From Candidatus Iainarchaeum sp. (GTDB taxonomy: Archaea; Iainarchaeota; Iainarchaeia; Iainarchaeales; GCA-2688035): a stretch of 64,000 bases of DNA. The notes beneath the pieces were generated by a model. The model had not been told where the DNA came from and ran no database searches. It saw only the letters and a list, made by a program, of their open reading frames with translations. This document shows positions 57,406 to 64,000 of the stretch, piece by piece. Location of the stretch: positions 1 to 64,000 of the forward strand of contig JAFCCL010000004.1 in the NCBI GenBank assembly GCA_017610205.1, written 5' to 3'. Each line of letters opens with the position of its first letter. Position 1 is the first letter of the stretch. The position numbers were made by a program, and so were the translations under genes.

Positions 57406-60400
57406 TCACCAGTTGCTTTCAATCTTTTTTACAAGCTCTTCCTTTTGCTTTCCATCCTTTTCCTTTTTGAGCCTTATAAACAAAACAAGACCTGCACAGG
57501 CTGCCAGTGGAATGGCAAGGATTGGCAGGTTTAATCCAGTTGGCTGTGATGGAAGTGCCATTAATGCTGTTGCATTCTTTGATTCTGCAATTGATTCAAG
57601 ATAGCTTCCGTCAAGCAAAAGATTTTTGGATTTTTCAAGGCTTTCGTTTGCCGTGGTGTTGTCAGGGTTGCTGTTGAATATTTCTGCAGCACTGTTAAAT
57701 GAAACAACAGCATCTTCCTTGATTTGAGAAAATGAGTCTGAAAGGCGTGAAGAAATTTGTTCTGTTTCCAAAAGCTTTTCGTCAAGCTGTTTTGAGAATG
57801 GATTTGATTCCTCTAAGGCTGCGTCAATGTCGCCTTGTTCTGCAAATTGTTGAAAATCCTGCACCTGCTTTTTTCCAAGGAATGATTTAAGGCTGTTAAT
57901 ATTGAGCCTTAGCTTGTCAAGCTCTTCTCTTGTTATTGGGAGGGGATATTTTGATGAAATTATTTGCTCATCCGAAATGTTTGAGAAGATTGTGTCAAGC
58001 AGTCCAAGGTTTTCCTCTGCAGAATAAAGATTGGATTGAATGGAATTGATTTTTTCAGAAATTTTTATTGTTTCGGCAATATTTTGAATTTGCTGTGCAG
58101 TGTTTTGGAAATTGGAAACTAGGGCAATGGTGTTGGTGTCAATGGTTTGAGAAAAGAGTTCTGGAGGCTGTAGAAGGCTGTTGCTTGTACTCTTTGAAAA
58201 GCGCAGCACTGTTTTGCCTTGCGGGAGGCCGTTGAGGTCTAGGGAAATTGTTTTTCCATCTGTTTTAAATGAAAGAATATTTGGGCTAAAGGCAGTAACT
58301 GTTGCTGTATTTTTGTCAAAGGGAAGTTGTATTGTAAGAGGCCCTGTAATTGAATATGGAAAAGTGTTGTCAAGCTCTATTTCAATGTCTTGGTTTGTTT
58401 CAATAATTGAAGCATTTTCCTGCACAAAGGAATGAATTGCTGTGTTAAGTGTTTCTTCAAGCAATGCAAGAAATTCTGAAAGGCTTTGTTTAAGGTCAGG
58501 AAGAAGCGGCAGGGATTTTTCAAAAATAAGGTTTTGGTTTGAAAAAAAGCTTTTAAAATAGGCTTTTTGCGATTCAATGTTTTTCATTTTTGTTTTGGAA
58601 ACAAGGTCTTTAGATTCGGCAATTTCTAGAGCTGAAAGCATTTGATTGGCTTGAAAAAATTGGCTTTCAATTTCTATTATAGCAGGCTGGTTTTGAAGAA
58701 ATGTCCTAAGGTCGGTTTCAAGTGCAGTGCAGATTCTTTTAACGGCTTCAAGGTTGGAGTAAGGCTGTTCAATATTTTTAAGTTGAAGAAACCTTAGGTT
58801 AAAATCGTCAAAGGAAATTCCGCTTGCTTTGCTGCTTTCAAGGCTTTTGTTGATAAACGAAAGGCATTCTTCAAGTGCTGTTTCTTCAAGCAATTGGTAT
58901 TCTTTAAAGTTTTGCAATGCCAGAGAAAATCTTGAAAATTCGTCAACCATTTCAGCGCATTGAAAAAGCTTTTGTTCATTTTCTTTGGCTTGCCTAAACA
59001 AAGAAAGCTTAAATTTGGCTCTTGCTTTTAGGTCTGATGCTGTTGAAATATAATCAGTTGGAAGTGAAGCCTGTTCAAGCTCTTGTTCAATAAAACCTGC
59101 TCTTTCGTTGCAAAGTACAAGCAGTCCGCCTAGAACCTCATTTCTCAGGTATTCTGAATTTTCTTTAAGAAAGGAAAGGTCTGAGTTTAATTGTTTTAAG
59201 GATTCTGCCTTTTTGCCAAGACTTAGGTTGTTCAAGGAATCCTGCTGCCGGAGCAAGGCAAGCTCCTGTTTTAGTTCAGAAAGTTTTGCACTGGATTCTT
59301 CCCTTAGTTCGCCAAAGTCTCTGATACCATACTTTTGTGACGAAGCAATGCTTTCCTGATTCAAACCAGAGTAGAGTTTTTGGAAAAATTCACTGTCAAA
59401 GCCCGAATATTTTTCTGAAAGCAGGGCATTGATTTCTTTCTCGGTTTCAAGAATTGCCTTTGAAGCGCTTGCTTCAAGTTCTGCATTCCTTTGCATTAAT
59501 TGCTTTCTGTGCAATGCATTCTGTTCAATTAAAACAGAAAATTTGGCAAGGCAGGTGTTGTCTGTTCCCATAAAGTTGCTGTAAATTTGGATAAATTGAA
59601 ATGCAGGAACCTTTTCAAGTTCACCAACGGCATTTTCTGCAGTTGAAAGATTTGCAAGGTATGACACAAAGGATGGAAGCAGTGGGTCAATAAATGGAAT
59701 GCCAAATTCGCTGTTGAAATATTTTGCAATTAATGAAGAAGGTTGGCTTAAAATTGAAAAAATATTTGATTCGCTTACAATGCTTTGACCAAAACCTGTT
59801 GAATTTGTAAGAGAGACAAAGCTTGATGTTTGAGTTAAGTAAAAACAAGAATAGCTTTCATTGCTTTGGCAGGTTTCAGGGCTGGAAAGCTGGCTTATGT
59901 TTAATGAAAGCAGTGCAAAATCGTTAAACAATGGCTCTTCTTTTGCAAGATTTAAGTCCTCTTTTTCAAGATCTTCGTGTTCCAAAAACATGATTGCAAA
60001 ACTTTCCCTGTTTGCCAAGTCACTGAATTCAAAGGCCTTTGACATATTGTGAGTTAACTCATTCAACTGAAAAATAAGACCTGAAAGACTTTTGTTTTTG
60101 CTGCAAATGCTATGAATGGCTGAAATGTTTTCTCTTGCCTTGTTGAAGTAAAGCCAGCTTAATGAGGCATTGTTTTTGTAACTGTAAAGCCTGTTTCTTA
60201 CTTCGCTGCTGAAAACGCTTTGGTCAAAAGAAAAAAAGTTTGCTTCAAGTTTGGAAAAGCATTCCTTTTCATTATCGCATTCCGGAACAAACGCATAGCT
60301 TTTTTCAGTTAAGTCAAGGCAGTAAAACCTTTGCTCAGGGCTTAATGAATCAATGCAGCCGCTTAATGCAAGCAAAAGAGCAATTGCAAGCAAGGGCAGT

Positions 60401-60414
60401 ATTTGCTTTAGCAT
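57406..60414 (-). CDS. Large helical lipoprotein with C-terminal TM
   Basis: Lipobox LSGC after ATG 60414; coiled-coil character; TM then basic tail. Confidence 0.78.
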   Translation of the reverse strand: MLKQILPLLAIALLLALSGCIDSLSPEQRFYCLDLTEKSYAFVPECDNEKECFSKLEANFFSFDQSVFSSEVRNRLYSYKNNASLSWLYFNKARENISAIHSICSKNKSLSGLIFQLNELTHNMSKAFEFSDLANRESFAIMFLEHEDLEKEDLNLAKEEPLFNDFALLSLNISQLSSPETCQSNESYSCFYLTQTSSFVSLTNSTGFGQSIVSESNIFSILSQPSSLIAKYFNSEFGIPFIDPLLPSFVSYLANLSTAENAVGELEKVPAFQFIQIYSNFMGTDNTCLAKFSVLIEQNALHRKQLMQRNAELEASASKAILETEKEINALLSEKYSGFDSEFFQKLYSGLNQESIASSQKYGIRDFGELREESSAKLSELKQELALLRQQDSLNNLSLGKKAESLKQLNSDLSFLKENSEYLRNEVLGGLLVLCNERAGFIEQELEQASLPTDYISTASDLKARAKFKLSLFRQAKENEQKLFQCAEMVDEFSRFSLALQNFKEYQLLEETALEECLSFINKSLESSKASGISFDDFNLRFLQLKNIEQPYSNLEAVKRICTALETDLRTFLQNQPAIIEIESQFFQANQMLSALEIAESKDLVSKTKMKNIESQKAYFKSFFSNQNLIFEKSLPLLPDLKQSLSEFLALLEETLNTAIHSFVQENASIIETNQDIEIELDNTFPYSITGPLTIQLPFDKNTATVTAFSPNILSFKTDGKTISLDLNGLPQGKTVLRFSKSTSNSLLQPPELFSQTIDTNTIALVSNFQNTAQQIQNIAETIKISEKINSIQSNLYSAEENLGLLDTIFSNISDEQIISSKYPLPITREELDKLRLNINSLKSFLGKKQVQDFQQFAEQGDIDAALEESNPFSKQLDEKLLETEQISSRLSDSFSQIKEDAVVSFNSAAEIFNSNPDNTTANESLEKSKNLLLDGSYLESIAESKNATALMALPSQPTGLNLPILAIPLAACAGLVLFIRLKKEKDGKQKEELVKKIESNW

Positions 60415-60476
60415 AAAGAAAACTGCTTCCTGCAAAGCTTTTAAAACAAGCAAAAAATTCGGCAAAAAACGAAGGA

Positions 60477-61826
60477 TGAACTATCCCCGGCTATTGTAGG
60501 GGGTTTCCTGTTTCATCGGCAATACTTGCTTCGGGCTTATGCCGTCAGTAGAGGTTTCATCTCCAACAGGCGTTGATTTGGGTTGTTCCAACCCTATCCC
60601 AGTTATGAGTATATTTTGTGCAGCGTTTATATCTCGGTCTATTTCTAGACTACAATGATGACATTTGTGTATTCTCATTGTTAATGTTTTTCTAACAATC
60701 TCTCCACATCCACTGCATTTTTGACTTGTGTTTTTTGGATTCATTTTCACTATTTTTCCTCCAGCACTTTCAGCCTTGAAAAAAAGTTTGCTTGTGAAAT
60801 CACTCCAAGAAACATCTGTTATTTCTCTTGCAAGATAATGATTTTTTAACATTCCTTTTACATTCAAATTCTCAATATATATTGTTCCATATTTTTCAAT
60901 AAGTTTTCTGCATAGTTTCCAGCCAAAATCGTTTCTGGTGTTTGCTATTTGTTCGTCCATTATTGCTAACTTGACTCTCGCTTTGTTTCGGTTGTTGCTT
61001 TTTTTCTTTGTTTTGCTAAACTTTTTTGCCAGAACCTTTCTTTTTTCTGACATTTTCCCAAGTGGCTTTGGATGATCAAAAAATTCACTATTGCTTGTGG
61101 TGATAAAATGATTTAAACCAAAATCTATACCAACTTCACCATTTCCAACCGTTATTTTTTCTTTAGGCATATTATCACAAAAAATCGTAACAAAGTATTT
61201 TCCGCTTTTCGCTTTCTTGATTGTCATTATTTTTGGGGTTCCTTGTAGTACTCTGTGGTATTTTATGTTCAGCCAACCAATTTTTGGGAAACGAGTTTTC
61301 TTACCTATGTTCTTTGGTTTGGTTATTTGCGGAAGTGTGATGCTGTTATAAGTTCCATATTTTTTAAATCTTGGAAAGCCCTTTTTTCTTTCATCTCTCT
61401 TGATTCTTGCAAAAAAGTTTTTGTATGCTTTGTCAATCCTATCAGCCACATTCTGGCTGACTTGTGAGTACATTTCTTTGTTTCCCTTTACTCGTCTATA
61501 TAGGTCTTTTCTTGATAGTCTAACACTCTTATTTTTATAAGCATCTTTTTTCAGGGCAAGAAGTTTGTTATACAATAATCTGCATTTTTCTATTTGCAAG
61601 TCTATTTCACTTGCCTGTTTTTTTGTTGGATAAACTCTATATTTATAGGTTTTCATTTTTCTTAACTCCTCGGAAATTTGAGAACTATTACAATTTTACT
61701 ATTTTTTCTTTTTAAAGGCACTGAAAGAGAGTGGACTTCCGGTAAAAATTACTCCACAGAAATTTCCACTGAAGCTAGGTTCGCTTTCATCTAACTGCTA
61801 AAGCGGTTGATTTTCTTGCTCACACG
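60477..61826 (-). mobile_element. IS200/IS605-family tnpB-only (IS1341-like) element
   Basis: Right end GAAACCCCCTACAATAGCCGGGGATAGTTCA; left-end imperfect hairpin CAAGAAAATCAACCGCTTTAGCAGTTAGATGAAAGCG preceded by TTTAT; no tnpA. Confidence 0.8.
60481..61656 (-). CDS. tnpB: RNA-guided endonuclease TnpB
   Basis: TYKYRVYPT, GFPRFK, RuvC GIDFG / IENL / DRDINAA, Zn finger CSGC..CHHC. Confidence 0.95.
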   Translation of the reverse strand: MKTYKYRVYPTKKQASEIDLQIEKCRLLYNKLLALKKDAYKNKSVRLSRKDLYRRVKGNKEMYSQVSQNVADRIDKAYKNFFARIKRDERKKGFPRFKKYGTYNSITLPQITKPKNIGKKTRFPKIGWLNIKYHRVLQGTPKIMTIKKAKSGKYFVTIFCDNMPKEKITVGNGEVGIDFGLNHFITTSNSEFFDHPKPLGKMSEKRKVLAKKFSKTKKKSNNRNKARVKLAIMDEQIANTRNDFGWKLCRKLIEKYGTIYIENLNVKGMLKNHYLAREITDVSWSDFTSKLFFKAESAGGKIVKMNPKNTSQKCSGCGEIVRKTLTMRIHKCHHCSLEIDRDINAAQNILITGIGLEQPKSTPVGDETSTDGISPKQVLPMKQETPYNSRG

Positions 61827-61911
61827 ATAAACATATCACATTTTAGCCTGCCTCTTAGAAGAAAAGTTCTCAGCGGAAAAGTTAAAAAAACTTGGAATAC
61901 TAATTATTTTT

Positions 61912-62535
61912 ATGGGAGAAAAACTTTCCTTAAAACAGGGCGAAAAACTTACAAGGGTTGCAAGAAAAAGCATAGACTATTCACTTGCTTCAGGACTCAG
62001 ACTTGCAGAAGCATGCGACGACAAACAGCTTTTGGAGCAAAGAGGCGTTTTTGTTACATTGCATTCTTTTCCAGGAAAAGAACTCAGGGGATGCATTGGA
62101 TTTCCTTACCCTGTAAAGCCTTTGTGGAACGCTGTTTTGGAAATGGCTGTTGAAGCCGCAATTCACGACCCAAGATTTTCGCCAATGACCTCGGACGAAA
62201 TGAAAAATACTATTGTTGAAATAAGTGTTTTAACAAAACCTGAAGAAATTTTGTGCGAAAGGAAAAAGCTTCCGAAATTTGTCAAAATTGGCGAAGATGG
62301 ATTGATTGCCCAAAGGGGAGGGCATTCCGGCCTTTTGCTTCCAATTGTGGGAGCTGAATTTAAATGGGATGCTGAAAATTTTTTGAAACAAACGTGCCGT
62401 AAAGCAGGGTTGCCTGAAACTGCTTGGAGGATGACAGACACACAGGTGTTCAAGTTTCAAGCCCAAGTATTTTGCGAGGAAACACCAGGCAGAGATATTA
62501 GGGAGATAAACTTGCAAGAATTATTAAATAAATAG
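61912..62535 (+). CDS. AMMECR1-domain protein (TIGR00296-like)
   Basis: RGVFVTL, LRGCIG, AA..DPRF, EISVLT, GLLLP.V, C.KAGL. Confidence 0.93.
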   Translation: MGEKLSLKQGEKLTRVARKSIDYSLASGLRLAEACDDKQLLEQRGVFVTLHSFPGKELRGCIGFPYPVKPLWNAVLEMAVEAAIHDPRFSPMTSDEMKNTIVEISVLTKPEEILCERKKLPKFVKIGEDGLIAQRGGHSGLLLPIVGAEFKWDAENFLKQTCRKAGLPETAWRMTDTQVFKFQAQVFCEETPGRDIREINLQELLNK

Positions 62536-62562
62536 ATTTCTTTTCTTTTTACAAGAACACTT

Positions 62563-63996
62563 TTAATCCATTGCGGCCTTAGCTGCCCTTATGCCACTCT
62601 TTTTGATTAAACGCTCTAGAGATTTGTACGGCGCACTATAATTGCCTGACAACCAATTCCACAAGGTGCTTTTGCTCATTCCACAGCAAAAGCAAGCATT
62701 TTTGAGAGAGGCGTACCTGTCAATTAAATGATTTGAAATTTGTTTACAGCCCAGTTCACTTAATTCAATAAAAATGCCGCCCTTAGAACCAAATCGGATT
62801 GTTTTTAATTGACTTGCATTGACAGAGTCTAAAATTTTAATTAGACCTATTCTTACAAGAAAGTCTTTGTAGGGCAAAAGACTTTGAACAGAGTTTATGC
62901 GTGGAGACAGACTTTTTAATAGAATTGGAAAATCGAACAGGGTTAATTCTTTACAGACCAGATTCAATTCACTTAAAGATACTTTAGCTTTTGGAAATAA
63001 ATCATTGTAGGTTTGCAGGGGATTTTTTACTGTTAAACTGCCTTTGAAAAATTCTAGTCGTCTGTGCTTTGGGGTATCAACTTCAAGATAATTTAACATA
63101 TTAGAGTTAAACCTTGTTTTAGTATTATTAACCCTTAAGATGTGTTTGCTGTTAGAATAGACAATGTTGCTGTTAATACTGTCCTTTAGCAAAATTTCTT
63201 GAATGCTTTTTAGCAACTGAAAACTACGACACTCAAGAGTAACACAACCACTTAAGGATACACTTCCATCAAATGTTAAAACTCCGAGAGCAAAAACCCT
63301 ACGAAAATCTTGACCCGCTTCTCTTATTATTTTTGGTTCTTTAACAATTCTTGTTTTCTTCCCAAAAGGAAAACCAAAGAAAACATGCAAATATCTTGCC
63401 ATTATTTTGTTATATTTATCTGCCTTAAACGCATTCTCTCGTTTAGATTTTTTAACCTCAATTTTTATGCCAAACTCCTCTTTCAACCAATCAGCCCATT
63501 TCTTTACTGATTCCCTGCTTGAATCTATTAAACGAAGCCCATAGTCAGGGCTAAGCGAACCATCTGCTGCGTGAGCACCAGCAATTTTGCAAAGAGTTAG
63601 CGTCAAAAATTTTGGTGCTTTAACAGGTTTTGATTGTTGCTGCCCTACTTTTAAAAATTGTATTCCTTTAATAATTCTCCACTTTTTATTTTTGAAATCT
63701 CTTTCATTAACAGTATACAAATCTTTCCATATATCCAATAACAAGCTTATAATTTTCAAGGAAACCCAAGGTCGCCCTTTGTTTATATTTATAAGATGCC
63801 TCTTTGAGGTACTAAAAGAACAATTCAGAAGAGAACACAACAATTTTGCAAAATTGTTTTGATTGCGCTCCTGATAAAGACAATGAAGTAACTCCTTTAT
63901 TTCTTTATTTAGAACTGGTCCTTTTGCTTTTATCCAAGATCCTTGCATATTTTTGTCAATATTGTCATCGTGTAATTTAAGTATATCAAAGCACAT
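62563..63996 (-). CDS. Free-standing LAGLIDADG-family protein (may extend beyond window)
   Basis: Two motifs IAGAHAADG and ALGVLTFDG, FGFP.GKKT..V..P; C-terminal HTH-like segment. Confidence 0.8.
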   Translation of the reverse strand: MCFDILKLHDDNIDKNMQGSWIKAKGPVLNKEIKELLHCLYQERNQNNFAKLLCSLLNCSFSTSKRHLININKGRPWVSLKIISLLLDIWKDLYTVNERDFKNKKWRIIKGIQFLKVGQQQSKPVKAPKFLTLTLCKIAGAHAADGSLSPDYGLRLIDSSRESVKKWADWLKEEFGIKIEVKKSKRENAFKADKYNKIMARYLHVFFGFPFGKKTRIVKEPKIIREAGQDFRRVFALGVLTFDGSVSLSGCVTLECRSFQLLKSIQEILLKDSINSNIVYSNSKHILRVNNTKTRFNSNMLNYLEVDTPKHRRLEFFKGSLTVKNPLQTYNDLFPKAKVSLSELNLVCKELTLFDFPILLKSLSPRINSVQSLLPYKDFLVRIGLIKILDSVNASQLKTIRFGSKGGIFIELSELGCKQISNHLIDRYASLKNACFCCGMSKSTLWNWLSGNYSAPYKSLERLIKKSGIRAAKAAMD

Positions 63997-64000
63997 GCAA

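Noticed and set aside
61728-61775. Mini-ORB-like TCCAC motifs
   Set aside because: Short, imperfect and inside the IS element; may be chance or tnpA debris

Overview
Archaeal chromosomal segment, AT-rich and gene-dense. It is most consistent with a DPANN lineage; Iainarchaeota/Diapherotrites-like is an inference from gene content and protein style, not a database match. Housekeeping genes: rps15, rps3ae, carS, secD/secF, NOG1 GTPase, PolD DP1/DP2, cdc6, sepF, hel308, nac, slyD, psmB, fttA/aCPSF1, AK6-type kinase, AMMECR1. The main accessory feature is an ~18 kb His-Xaa-Ser (Hxs)-type RiPP-like locus (19.1-37.6 kb). It holds a 73-aa precursor with a pilin-like leader and His-x-Ser tail, HxsB, two HxsD-like proteins, an A24 prepilin-type peptidase, three further radical SAM enzymes, a U32 pair, an NHL propeller protein and an embedded ~2265-aa surface protein. 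A second system is an archaeosortase translationally coupled to carS, with three PEF-CTERM-like substrates in the window. Also present: intact and decayed toxin-antitoxin cassettes, a tRNA 3' remnant, an IS200/IS605 tnpB-only element with readable ends, and a free-standing LAGLIDADG protein. Non-coding candidates are an rps15 leader RNA, an unassigned structured RNA preceded by 61-bp-periodic motifs, and a recurrent pattern of duplicated gene 3' ends, several differing only by synonymous or stop-codon swaps. No rRNA, complete tRNA or convincing CRISPR array was seen.
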